From an uncultured Lentisphaera sp. (lineage in GTDB: Bacteria > Verrucomicrobiota > Lentisphaeria > Victivallales > GWF2-50-93), in NCBI GenBank assembly GCA_964426675.1, contig CAYRRM010000014.1, positions 922 to 64,921 of the forward strand: a stretch of 64,000 nt of DNA, written 5' to 3'. Every line of letters starts with the position of its first letter. Positions within the stretch are counted from its first letter, which is position 1. The notes beneath the pieces are model-generated. The model did no database searches. It was not told where the DNA came from and worked only from the letters and a program-made list of their open reading frames with translations. Position numbers and translations under genes: made by a program. Positions 1 to 9,475 of this stretch are shown piece by piece.

Positions 1-1348
1 TTTCGAGAGCTATTCTCTCAGACAACCTTTTTGATGCACCCATTATACTGGTGGGGCAGATCGCTTTATCAGTAGAAATTATAACTACCCTCTTCACATT
101 GTATTTTTCAGCGACATTAAAGACATTTGCTGAACCAATGACATTTGTTTCCATTGCCATGAAAGGATTTTCTTCCATTATAGGAACATGCTTATACGCT
201 GCAGCATGGTAAATAATATCTACCTGATGTTCGGCTAAAACATTACTTAAATGTCTTTCTACTCGAATATCACCTATTACAGCTTTAAACTCTATATCAG
301 GATAATCTGCTTTTATTTTTTTTGATATTTCATATATATTAAATTCCGAGATATCGAAAGCAATTAATTTAGCGGGGGTATAAGAAGCTATTTGTCTGCA
401 TAATTCAGCTCCAATGCTACCACCAGCTCCAGTTACAAAAACATTTTTGCCTTTTATAAATTTTGCAACTTCGGAATTGTCCAGTTTTATTGGTTTTCGG
501 CCAAGAAGGTCTTCTATTTCAACATTTTTTATAGTTGAAACATCTATTACACCTGAGGCAATATCAGTATAAGTTGGCAACATTCTAAGCTTACATTTTA
601 GATTTTTGCTTTCAAGTTTATCAAGCACATCCTTAATCGCTGCAGGGCTTGAATAAGGAGGCAAGAGCAGAATCTCATCTATTAAATATTTTTCAGCAAA
701 ATTCGCTATTGACTCAAATTTACCCAATACTTTTACTCCACGAATATGTGAATTAGGTTTGATTTCATCACTTACAATCCCAAAAAATTCTCTTCTATCA
801 CGGTATGCCGAAAATGAATGAATGAGAGTATTTGCAGAAGAAGCAGAGCCCACTATTATTGTCTTAATAGCTCCGCCACCTTTTTCAATTGATGCCTGTT
901 CACGAATTACTCTTACCAAAACTCTTTTTCCAGACATAGCAAGAAAACAGAGGATAAAATCAAGGATAATCACTGACCTGGAAAAACCAGCAAAATACGT
1001 CGTATGCCAGGTCTCCACAATCAAGAACAAAATTAGACTTGCCAGTAAGTTAGCGAGAAAAATCTGGATCATATCGTAAATACTTACATATCTCCATAAC
1101 CCACTGTAAATTCTAAATAAGAGAAATACCAAAAGTTTTACTATAATAAATATCGGTATAGCTCGCTCTAAGGAACTAATCTCCTTAACAGGAAACTGAA
1201 ATTCAAAACGCAAATAAAAAGCAAGTAATAATGACAACGTAACTGTCATGGCAGTAGTAATAAAAGCAAAAAAGCTTTTCATCGGAAAAAAAGCTTCTAC
1301 TATTTTTTCAACATTCTTATTTAATCTGGAAACTAAATTGAAATTCAT
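1..1348 (-). CDS. CapD/PglF/WbpM-type polysaccharide biosynthesis protein (membrane-anchored NDP-sugar 4,6-dehydratase); 3' end lies beyond the window
   Basis: Absent from the ORF track because it is open at the window edge. My translation of the minus strand from ATG 1348-1346 is stop-free to position 1: MNFNLVSRLNKN..., hydrophobic N-terminal segments, Rossmann motif GKNVFVTGAGGSIGAELCRQI (approx 405-460) and STDKAICPTSIMGASKRL (within 1-80). The start overlaps the upstream gene stop as ATGA (1345-1348). Confidence 0.8.
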   Translation of the reverse strand, partial: MNFNLVSRLNKNVEKIVEAFFPMKSFFAFITTAMTVTLSLLLAFYLRFEFQFPVKEISSLERAIPIFIIVKLLVFLLFRIYSGLWRYVSIYDMIQIFLANLLASLILFLIVETWHTTYFAGFSRSVIILDFILCFLAMSGKRVLVRVIREQASIEKGGGAIKTIIVGSASSANTLIHSFSAYRDRREFFGIVSDEIKPNSHIRGVKVLGKFESIANFAEKYLIDEILLLPPYSSPAAIKDVLDKLESKNLKCKLRMLPTYTDIASGVIDVSTIKNVEIEDLLGRKPIKLDNSEVAKFIKGKNVFVTGAGGSIGAELCRQIASYTPAKLIAFDISEFNIYEISKKIKADYPDIEFKAVIGDIRVERHLSNVLAEHQVDIIYHAAAYKHVPIMEENPFMAMETNVIGSANVFNVAEKYNVKRVVIISTDKAICPTSIMGASKRLSERIALE

Positions 1349-2562
1349 CCTCTTAAAACTCTCTTTATTGTTTTAACTATATAATCGAGATCTGTTTTTC
1401 TTAAATCCGGATAGATTGGCAAGGAGACACATTCTCTTGATAATTTTTCTGAAACAGGAAAATCCCCATCAGAAAAAAAATATTTTTCCTTGTAGTATTT
1501 ATGCATATGCAAAGGAATATAGTGAACGCTTGTTATAATGCCATTTTTTTTGAGTTTTTCGATAAAAGAGTCTCTGTTAACTTTATTTTTTCCTTCTCTT
1601 ATTCGAATCGGATATAAATGCCAGGAACTAATTATTCCTTCTCTTTCATATGGCAACGTTATAATATCGGAAAGATCTGAAAGCATCAAATTATATAACT
1701 TTGCGATTTTCGCACGCTTTTCCATGAAAACATCAGCTTTTTTGAGTTGATGAATCCCGATTGCAGCCATTATATCAGGCATATTATATTTATAACCTGG
1801 AGCAATAATTTCATATCGCCATGACCCACTCGCTGTAAAACGTTTCCAGGCATCTTTGCTTATCCCGTGGAGCGACATTATCCTTATACGCTCATCATAT
1901 TCAGGATTATTGCACACGGCCATTCCACCTTCACCAGTAGTTATGGTCTTATTGGCGTAAAAAGAGTAACACGCTATATCTGCTTCAGTTCCAGCCTTTA
2001 CAAATTTTCCAACAGCATTTTTGTAAAATGCAGGGCATGCGTGCGCGCAATCTTCGATTAATTTTGCATTTATTGTTTTTGCGATTTTCGCAATTTCAGG
2101 GATATTTGCTGGCGCCCCTCCAAAATGAACCGGTATTATTGCTCTTATATCACCGTGTTTATCTGGCACCCCTTTTAATTTTTTTCCCATGATGATTTTC
2201 TCAACAGTCTCTTTAAGAGAATCTACACTCATACAAAAGTCATCTTCATTGCAGTCAACAAAGACTGGTATTGCATTAAAATACCTTACCACTTCGGCAG
2301 TAGCAGCAAAAGTCATTGAAGGAACAATAACAATCTCATTTTCCTTCAGTCCTATTGCTTCAAGAGCAAGGTGTAGAGCCGCAGTGCATGAATTCAGTGC
2401 AATTGCAAATTTTGCCCCAATATATGATGCAAAATCAGTTTCAAATTTCCTGACCCGAGCCCCAGTTGTAAGCCAACCTGATTTAAGACAATCTACTACT
2501 TCTTTTATTTCATCTTTTCCCAATGATGCTTTATGAAAACTAATTTGCCTGATTTCTGACAT
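1345..2562 (-). CDS. DegT/DnrJ/EryC1/StrS-family PLP-dependent sugar aminotransferase
   Basis: 405-aa ORF with a family-typical N-terminus (GKDEIKEVVDCLKSGWLTTG) and PLP-lysine context SFYANKTITTGEGG. It is translationally coupled to the CapD-like dehydratase gene, the usual amino-sugar pair. Confidence 0.9.
   Translation of the reverse strand: MSEIRQISFHKASLGKDEIKEVVDCLKSGWLTTGARVRKFETDFASYIGAKFAIALNSCTAALHLALEAIGLKENEIVIVPSMTFAATAEVVRYFNAIPVFVDCNEDDFCMSVDSLKETVEKIIMGKKLKGVPDKHGDIRAIIPVHFGGAPANIPEIAKIAKTINAKLIEDCAHACPAFYKNAVGKFVKAGTEADIACYSFYANKTITTGEGGMAVCNNPEYDERIRIMSLHGISKDAWKRFTASGSWRYEIIAPGYKYNMPDIMAAIGIHQLKKADVFMEKRAKIAKLYNLMLSDLSDIITLPYEREGIISSWHLYPIRIREGKNKVNRDSFIEKLKKNGIITSVHYIPLHMHKYYKEKYFFSDGDFPVSEKLSRECVSLPIYPDLRKTDLDYIVKTIKRVLRG
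1702..1714. repeat. Iterated palindrome TGCGA-N3-TCGCA copy
   Basis: TGCGATTTTCGCA in the aminotransferase gene (-). Gene strand reads GCG AAA ATC GCA = AKIA. Confidence 0.95.
2080..2092. repeat. Iterated palindrome TGCGA-N3-TCGCA copy
   Basis: TGCGATTTTCGCA in the aminotransferase gene (-). AKIA. Confidence 0.95.
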
Positions 2563-2680
2563 TAAAATCCTCTTTTTTAGGTTATTAATTATGCCACAAG
2601 ATTCAACGACTTCAAATTTACAAAAAGGTATTTCTTAAAAGACTTTGCTTTTTATTGCTGTTATCTTATATTTATAACAT

Positions 2681-3190
2681 ATGAAATTTCCAGAAAAAAA
2701 TGAGAAATACATATCTCGTGATGAATATTTGTCTATGAGTGACAGTGAACTCTTGAAAAATTGTGAAATTTCTATGCTTCGGCGAACAGGAAAGGGCGGA
2801 CAAAAAGTAAATAAATGTTCTTCCTCTGTCAGATTGAAACACATCCCCACAAAGATAACCGTAATAAGTTCTGAAAGTAGGTATCAAGCAGAAAATCGTT
2901 CAATAGCTCTAAAAAAGTTAAGACGCCAGATAGCATTTCAATTAAGGGCCCCGACAGGTGATTTTAAAATAAATTTTCCTATCCCTTCCCTCAAAAATCC
3001 CAATTACCCACAATGGATTGCAAAAATCCTTGATGTTTTAGAGGAAAATTCTTATTCCGTATCGGATGCGGCTGCGAAACTCGCAATTTCGACAGGACAA
3101 TTAATAAAATTATTATCAAGAGACCCCGAATTATGCCAAAAAGTAAATATAGAAAGAAAAAAATTCTTTATGAAACCTCTGAATTTTTAG
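2681..3190 (+). CDS. Release-factor (RF-1) GGQ-domain protein, ArfB/peptidyl-tRNA-hydrolase-like
   Basis: 169 aa. RRTGKGGQKVNKCSSSVRLKHIPTKITVISSESRYQAENR parallels the class-I release factor domain 3 (GGQ loop followed by the R.THIPTG...ERSQ..N pattern). Too short to be prfA/prfB. Confidence 0.6.
   Translation: MKFPEKNEKYISRDEYLSMSDSELLKNCEISMLRRTGKGGQKVNKCSSSVRLKHIPTKITVISSESRYQAENRSIALKKLRRQIAFQLRAPTGDFKINFPIPSLKNPNYPQWIAKILDVLEENSYSVSDAAAKLAISTGQLIKLLSRDPELCQKVNIERKKFFMKPLNF
3073..3085. repeat. Iterated palindrome TGCGA-N3-TCGCA copy
   Basis: TGCGAAACTCGCA in the GGQ-domain gene (+). AKLA. Confidence 0.95.
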
Positions 3191-3221
3191 AATAGAAAAT
3201 TAAATAATAAAGGAGAATTTT

Positions 3222-6200
3222 ATGAAAAAATTATATCTGTGCAAAATAATTTTGTTTTTTGCGATTTTCGCAAGTGGATGCTTCACAATTTTTGCTGAGA
3301 ATATTAACGAGCTCAGAGAAAAGGCAAATAGGCTCTTTAAAGAAGGGAATTACAATGATGCTCTCGAAATTTATAAAGAACTCTTATCGGGAAAAATTGA
3401 GAATTCATCTCCTGAAATAGATTTTACGAACGCTATGCCTTGTTTTTATAAATTAAGAAAAAACAGCGAGATAGATGAATTTAGAGAAAATGTAATCGAT
3501 AATTTCAAAGGAAATTGGAAGCTACTCTGGGTAGCTGGAAAAAGTTTTCTTGAACAATATCATATTGGACTCCTCATTGATGGCAAATTTGTTAGAGGCA
3601 TAGGAGGCATTGGAAAAAGAGTAAGTGCATATCGGCGTGATAGAGTAATGGGACTCCAGCTTTTCAATCAAGCATATGAAATTGTGAGTAAAACTAAAAA
3701 AGAGATACCAGAAGAAGAATTTTATAATTTTCTTATATCATTCGCAAACGCTATCAATTATTATGATAGTATATATCATCTTCAAGACCTCACAGATATC
3801 TCAACTTTACCCGATTATGATGAAGTTGACATTTATGGGATGAGAAGCTCTTTCGATAATATTTATATTGGAGCACCTGTAAACAAGGAGGGTAATCCAA
3901 TCTATTACTCAATACCTGCGAATTTCGCAACTGCAAAATCTGATGGAGAAAGATGGCGCTTTTTATTGCATCAGGCATCTCTTATCGCTCCTAAATACAA
4001 GGCTCAGGTTGATATGATATATGCAAAATTTTTATTCAGAAATTTTGGAGTGCAAACCATCATAACTAATTCATTTTATAGAAATTCAGGAAATAATGAA
4101 ATTCTATATGTAGTCCATACATTATCCGAAGAAGAAACAATTGCAAGATTTGCAACAGGAATAAAAAGATTCAAAATGCCCGATGAACATAATTATATAA
4201 AGATTATGAGAGAAGTTTCAAAAACAGACTATTTACCAGCTCAAGATGCATTAAATACCCTCGCAGAAATATTTAAAAATCGAAGGCAATACACTAAAGC
4301 CGTTGAATGTCTCCAGGAAGCTATTCAGAGATTTGCCGATAAATTAAACTTTCAGAATCAACTTATGGATATTGTTGGTGATTGGGGAGTCTTTCTCTCT
4401 GAAAAACCTTTTCCTGCCGGGAAAAATCCCATTTTAAGGCTTAGATACAGAAATGCGAAAATCGCAAATTTTGAAGCTTATCAGTTAAAAGTAGAAGAGC
4501 TCCTAAATGATATAAAAGAATATTTAAAGTCGAATCCTCCACAAGTAGAATGGGAAAAACTTGATCTTAATGACATTGGCAGTAGAGTTGTCTTGAAAAA
4601 TGAAAATAAATATATTGGTGAAAAAGTCGCAGAATGGAAAGTAGATTTAAATCCTAAAAAAGGATATTATGATAAAATTGACAATATTGAAGTTCCGATA
4701 TCAAAAGCAGGAGCATATCTGGTAACAGCCAAAATAGGTAATGGGAATATTGCGCGTATTACTTTGTTGTTAAATGATGTAGCAATCGTTCAGAAGTCAA
4801 ACAAAAATTCTTACATAAATTTTATTGCAGATGCACTGACTGGGAAACCTATATCCAATATTGATATTGAACTTTTCGTTTTTGAGAGACAAGAAATTGA
4901 TGAAAAATTATGGACTCCAGGTGGTAGACGTTATAATCTGGTAACAAAAAGCGTAAGAGGTAAAACTAATTCAGATGGTATTATCATTTTTAATAAAAAA
5001 GAATTGCTCAATTATTCAGAGAGTTTGCTAATCCTCAAGAGTCCTTCTGGTTTAATCTCATATCTTGACACAAAAAATATACTTTCTTTTTTTGAAATAG
5101 ATGATAGTTATGATTCAAAGCCAAAGGGATATATTATTACTGATAGGCCAGTTTATCGTCCTGGACAGCAAGTAAATTTCAAAATATGGTTAGGAGAGGC
5201 TAATTATGAAAAGTTAACCGGAGAATTCTCTGAATCTGAATTTGCCGGAAGAAAAATAACAATAGTAATCAGTGATTCATTTGATAACAAGGTTTATGAA
5301 GAGACTCTAACGGCTGATAATTTTGGAGGACTTAGCGGAAATTTCAAACTAAAAGAAGGCTGTCATCTTGGAACATATCGTATTTCTTCAAGTCATTCAG
5401 ATTTACACAATATAGGATTTTTTAGAGTTGAAGAATATAAAAAGCCAGAGTTTGAAGTAAGTATAGAAAGTCCAGAAGAACCTGTTGTTCTGGGAGAAAA
5501 GATAAAAGCAAAGATAAAAGCAAAGTATTATTTTGGGGAACCAGTCACAAACGCAACTGTAAGATATAAAGTTGAGCGGTATCAACACGATGCTTATTTT
5601 TTCGTTCCGCATCCGTGGGATTGGCTGTATGGAAAAGGTTATTGGTGGCAGGGGGAAAATTATGAATGGTATAGAGGATGGTTTAATTGGGGATGTCCGC
5701 CGCGCCCAAGACCCTTGTGGAAAACTTATGAACCACTTCCCCCTGAATTGATAGCGCAAAATGAAGTTCCACTCGATAAAAATGGAACAGCAGAAATTAT
5801 AATAGATACCTCGCTTGCAAAAGATATTTATGGAGAAAAAGATCAGAAGTATGAAATAACTGCTGAAGTTGTAGATTCCTCGAGAAGAACAATTTACACA
5901 AAAGGGTCATGCATAGCTGCAACAAAACCATTCAGAATTATTGCCTGGGTTGACGAAGGTTGGCAACGGCCTGGAGAAACTATATCTGCGAATTTCGCAG
6001 CCCAAACTCCAAATGGGCGACCGGTTAAAGGAGAAGGAAAATTATCAATGTTCAAAATAAAATATAACGAAGATGGTGTGCCGTCAGAAAAACTAATTCA
6101 ATCGTGGAATTTGGAAACAAATGAAGATGGGCGTGCATCAATTAAGATAAAAGCTCCTTCCGCAGGACAATACCGTTTATCCTATGTGATGGAGCAAAAG

Positions 6201-9200
6201 GGAAAAAAGGAAGAAGGCGGATGTATTTTTAACATATTTGGAAAGGAGCTGAATGAGAGCGAATATCGCTTCAATGATATCGAAATTATAAGCTCAAAAA
6301 GCGAATATAATGAAAATGAGAGAGCCTTGTTCAGAATAAACACAAAGAGAAAAAATTCTTTTGTCTTATTATTTGTAAGGCCTGAAAATACAGTATATCC
6401 TGAACCAATTTTGTTGTATCTAAAAGATGGAACTATTGAGTATGAAATAGCTGTTTCAAAAAAGGATATGCCTAATTTCTTCCTTGAAGCAATTACTGTG
6501 GCCGAAGGAAGAATTTATAAAACGGTAAAAGAGGTCTTTGTCCCCCCAGAAAAATACTCTCTTAATGTGGAAATCCTACCTAGCAAAGAAAAGTATAAAC
6601 CAGGAGAAGATGCTAACGCAACTATAAAGGTTATGGATGCAAATGGGCATTCAATTGCGAATTCTTCAGTGGTAGTTTCTATTTACGATAAATCAATTGA
6701 ATATATAAGCGGAGCTTCCAATGTGCCAGATATAAAGGAATTTTTCTGGAAATGGCGTAGACAATTTTACTCAATTACCAGGACAAATACAAATTACTAT
6801 CTTACAAACATAGTTAAACCTGATGAAAAAGCTTTCCCTATCATAGGTATTTTTAGAAACATAGATTTAACTGCTGAAAGTTTCGAGGACGAACTAGATG
6901 GATTGCCTGTGAAAAGATATGGAGGGTCCCCATTTAAAAGAACTTTTTTAAGAAGCGAAGCGGCGGGATGGGCAACGATGGAAGCAAAAAATAGCATTAC
7001 TCAGGGATCAGTTTTAGAAGAAATAGATGAGATAATGTTCAGTAATCCAGAGATGAAAGACGTAGCAGTCCGTAAAAATTTCCTCGACACAGCGTTATGG
7101 GTGGCTAACCTCACTACAGATGAAAACGGTGAAGCGTCTATAAAACTGAAAATGCCAGAAAATCTGACAACCTGGAAGGTAAAAGTCTGGACGCTCGCTT
7201 CCGGCACGCGTGTTGGACAGGGAGAAACAGAAGTTATTACCAACAAGGACTTTATCATCAGACCACAAGCTCCAAGATTTTTTATCCAGAACGATAAAGT
7301 AACCCTATCAGCAATTATACATAACTATCATAAATCAAGCAAAAAAGCAAAGGCAATAATCAAACTGAATTCCAATTGTCTCGTTATAACTGATAAGAAT
7401 AAGTATCCCGAAAAGCAAGAGCTCGAAATAGGATCGGGAGAAGAAAAAAGAATAGATTGGAACGTATGTGCATTGTCTGATGGAGAAGCGGTAATTACAA
7501 TGGAAACAGTTACAGATAATGACTCTGATGCCGTAGAAACAAAAATCCCTGTATATGTTCATGGAATGTTGAAGACAGAATCTTTCAGTTCATCTTTAGG
7601 AAATGACGATAATTATGGCGTAATAGAAATGCAAATTCCAGAGGACTGTCGTGAAGAGGAAAGTGTTTTGGAAATACATTATTCACCAAGTCTTGCGCTT
7701 GCAATTCTCGACCCAATACCATATCTATGTAACTATCCTCATGGTTGCACTGAACAGACATTAAATAAATTTCTTCCTCTTGTAATTACAAGAAAAACAC
7801 TTTTAGATATGGGACTAAAGTTAGATGATATAACAAATAAACCGGTAAGTTTAGATGCACAACAAATAACGGAAGGAAACAAAAATTATGAATATTTTAA
7901 TAAGGAAAAATTTGAAGATATATTTTCTGTTGAACTTAGAAGAATTCAAAATATGCAACTTTCTGATGGTGGGTGGGGGTGGTTTTCTGGCTATGGAGAA
8001 TATTCTACTCCACATACCACAGCAATTGTAATGCATGGACTAATTCTTGCGAGAAATATTGGGATAGATGTTAGTAAAATAGTATTAGAAAATGGCTTGA
8101 AATGGTTGGAAAATTATCAAAAAAATCAAATTGAAAAACTTTGTAAACACGATTTCAAGGAAGGAGAAGAATGCAAAGAAGCACATCCATCCAATTATAA
8201 GATTTCGGCTGATAATATAGATGCACTCGTATACTACGTCCTTGCTGAGGGAAAAATATTAGATAAGGAAATGACGCGAATTTTATATAGAGATAGAAAT
8301 AAACTGAGTGTATATGGCAAGACATTACTTGCTTTAGGCCTCTATCTTAATGGAGAAGAGGAAAAACTTGCAATGCTCAAGAAAAATATTTCTCAATATC
8401 TTGTGCTTGATAATGAAAATCAAACTGCATATTTAAATCTGAATAATGGGTGGTATTGGTGGTATTGGTATGGTGATGAAGTAGAAGCAAATGCTTTCTA
8501 TCTAAAACTTCTTTCTCTAACAGAACCAAACTCAGAACTAAGTCCCAAAATCGTAAAATACCTCATTAATAATAGAAAGAATGGAAGATACTGGAAATCA
8601 ACAAGGGATACATCGTATTGTATCGAGGCAATTTCAGATTTTATAAGATCTTCGAAAGAAAAACAACCAGATATTGAAGTTGAAGTAATCCTTGATGGAA
8701 AAATGCTCAAGAAAGAAAAAATTACCGCAGAAAATTTATTTTCATTCAATAATTCAATTACGCTTAAAGCAAAAGAACTCAGCCCCGGTAAACATAAACT
8801 TGAATTCAAAAAAACAGGAAAAAATCCGTTATATTACAGTTCATACTTAACATATTATACTACAGAGGAATTTATCACGAAAACTGGACTCGAAATAAAA
8901 GTAACGCGAAACTATTACAAACTTATAAAAAAAGAAGAAGAAAATAACGCACCCGATAAAAATGGCCAGATAGTCCAGCAGAAGGTAGAAAAATATATGC
9001 GGATTCCAATCAAAAATTATGATGTCCTTAAAACTGGAGACATGATAGAAGTAGAATTAGTTATAGAAAGCAAAAATGATTATGAATATTTAGTTTTTGA
9101 AGATATGAAAGCTGCAGGATTAGAACCTTGCGAAATTCGCAGCGGATATAATGAAAATGAAATTGGAGCTTTCATCGAATTTAGAGATGAAAAAGTATTA

Positions 9201-9362
9201 TTTTTTGTAAGGGGGCTTCCACGTGGTAGGCATAATGTATCATATAGGATGAGAGCAGAAATACCAGGAACATTTAGTGTTTTACCTGCAACTGGCTCAG
9301 CAATGTATTCCCCCGAACTTAAGGCAAATTCAGATGAAATAAAAATAAAAATAGAAGATTAA
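3222..9362 (+). CDS. Bacterial alpha-2-macroglobulin family lipoprotein with intact thioester (CTEQ)
   Basis: 2046-aa ORF. AGGAG at 3211-3215 precedes the ATG. Signal peptide with lipobox-like FASGC. Thioester context PYLCNYPHGCTEQTLNKF (Cys-Thr-Glu-Gln codons 7746-7757). The long MG-domain-like beta-rich body and C-terminal receptor-binding-like end are typical of YfhM-type A2M. The N-terminal ~300 aa look TPR/helical. Confidence 0.85.
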   Translation: MKKLYLCKIILFFAIFASGCFTIFAENINELREKANRLFKEGNYNDALEIYKELLSGKIENSSPEIDFTNAMPCFYKLRKNSEIDEFRENVIDNFKGNWKLLWVAGKSFLEQYHIGLLIDGKFVRGIGGIGKRVSAYRRDRVMGLQLFNQAYEIVSKTKKEIPEEEFYNFLISFANAINYYDSIYHLQDLTDISTLPDYDEVDIYGMRSSFDNIYIGAPVNKEGNPIYYSIPANFATAKSDGERWRFLLHQASLIAPKYKAQVDMIYAKFLFRNFGVQTIITNSFYRNSGNNEILYVVHTLSEEETIARFATGIKRFKMPDEHNYIKIMREVSKTDYLPAQDALNTLAEIFKNRRQYTKAVECLQEAIQRFADKLNFQNQLMDIVGDWGVFLSEKPFPAGKNPILRLRYRNAKIANFEAYQLKVEELLNDIKEYLKSNPPQVEWEKLDLNDIGSRVVLKNENKYIGEKVAEWKVDLNPKKGYYDKIDNIEVPISKAGAYLVTAKIGNGNIARITLLLNDVAIVQKSNKNSYINFIADALTGKPISNIDIELFVFERQEIDEKLWTPGGRRYNLVTKSVRGKTNSDGIIIFNKKELLNYSESLLILKSPSGLISYLDTKNILSFFEIDDSYDSKPKGYIITDRPVYRPGQQVNFKIWLGEANYEKLTGEFSESEFAGRKITIVISDSFDNKVYEETLTADNFGGLSGNFKLKEGCHLGTYRISSSHSDLHNIGFFRVEEYKKPEFEVSIESPEEPVVLGEKIKAKIKAKYYFGEPVTNATVRYKVERYQHDAYFFVPHPWDWLYGKGYWWQGENYEWYRGWFNWGCPPRPRPLWKTYEPLPPELIAQNEVPLDKNGTAEIIIDTSLAKDIYGEKDQKYEITAEVVDSSRRTIYTKGSCIAATKPFRIIAWVDEGWQRPGETISANFAAQTPNGRPVKGEGKLSMFKIKYNEDGVPSEKLIQSWNLETNEDGRASIKIKAPSAGQYRLSYVMEQKGKKEEGGCIFNIFGKELNESEYRFNDIEIISSKSEYNENERALFRINTKRKNSFVLLFVRPENTVYPEPILLYLKDGTIEYEIAVSKKDMPNFFLEAITVAEGRIYKTVKEVFVPPEKYSLNVEILPSKEKYKPGEDANATIKVMDANGHSIANSSVVVSIYDKSIEYISGASNVPDIKEFFWKWRRQFYSITRTNTNYYLTNIVKPDEKAFPIIGIFRNIDLTAESFEDELDGLPVKRYGGSPFKRTFLRSEAAGWATMEAKNSITQGSVLEEIDEIMFSNPEMKDVAVRKNFLDTALWVANLTTDENGEASIKLKMPENLTTWKVKVWTLASGTRVGQGETEVITNKDFIIRPQAPRFFIQNDKVTLSAIIHNYHKSSKKAKAIIKLNSNCLVITDKNKYPEKQELEIGSGEEKRIDWNVCALSDGEAVITMETVTDNDSDAVETKIPVYVHGMLKTESFSSSLGNDDNYGVIEMQIPEDCREEESVLEIHYSPSLALAILDPIPYLCNYPHGCTEQTLNKFLPLVITRKTLLDMGLKLDDITNKPVSLDAQQITEGNKNYEYFNKEKFEDIFSVELRRIQNMQLSDGGWGWFSGYGEYSTPHTTAIVMHGLILARNIGIDVSKIVLENGLKWLENYQKNQIEKLCKHDFKEGEECKEAHPSNYKISADNIDALVYYVLAEGKILDKEMTRILYRDRNKLSVYGKTLLALGLYLNGEEEKLAMLKKNISQYLVLDNENQTAYLNLNNGWYWWYWYGDEVEANAFYLKLLSLTEPNSELSPKIVKYLINNRKNGRYWKSTRDTSYCIEAISDFIRSSKEKQPDIEVEVILDGKMLKKEKITAENLFSFNNSITLKAKELSPGKHKLEFKKTGKNPLYYSSYLTYYTTEEFITKTGLEIKVTRNYYKLIKKEEENNAPDKNGQIVQQKVEKYMRIPIKNYDVLKTGDMIEVELVIESKNDYEYLVFEDMKAAGLEPCEIRSGYNENEIGAFIEFRDEKVLFFVRGLPRGRHNVSYRMRAEIPGTFSVLPATGSAMYSPELKANSDEIKIKIED
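3260..3272. repeat. Iterated palindrome TGCGA-N3-TCGCA copy
   Basis: TGCGATTTTCGCA in the A2M signal peptide (+). AIFA. Confidence 0.95.
3917..3929. repeat. Iterated palindrome TGCGA-N3-TCGCA copy
   Basis: TGCGAATTTCGCA in A2M (+). ANFA. Confidence 0.95.
4454..4466. repeat. Iterated palindrome TGCGA-N3-TCGCA copy
   Basis: TGCGAAAATCGCA in A2M (+). AKIA. Confidence 0.95.
5987..5999. repeat. Iterated palindrome TGCGA-N3-TCGCA copy
   Basis: TGCGAATTTCGCA in A2M (+). ANFA. Confidence 0.95.
9129..9141. repeat. Iterated palindrome TGCGA-N3-TCGCA copy
   Basis: TGCGAAATTCGCA in A2M (+), in a different frame: TGC GAA ATT CGC = CEIR. Confidence 0.95.
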
Positions 9363-9475
9363 AATCATAATTTATTTGCAGTAATCTTTGTTTCATTTTA
9401 TTTTTATATTTATGTTTGAATTATTTGTCTATTAAGCTAAATTTTTTAAAATCTAAAATTTTTCGGTTTTTTAAT

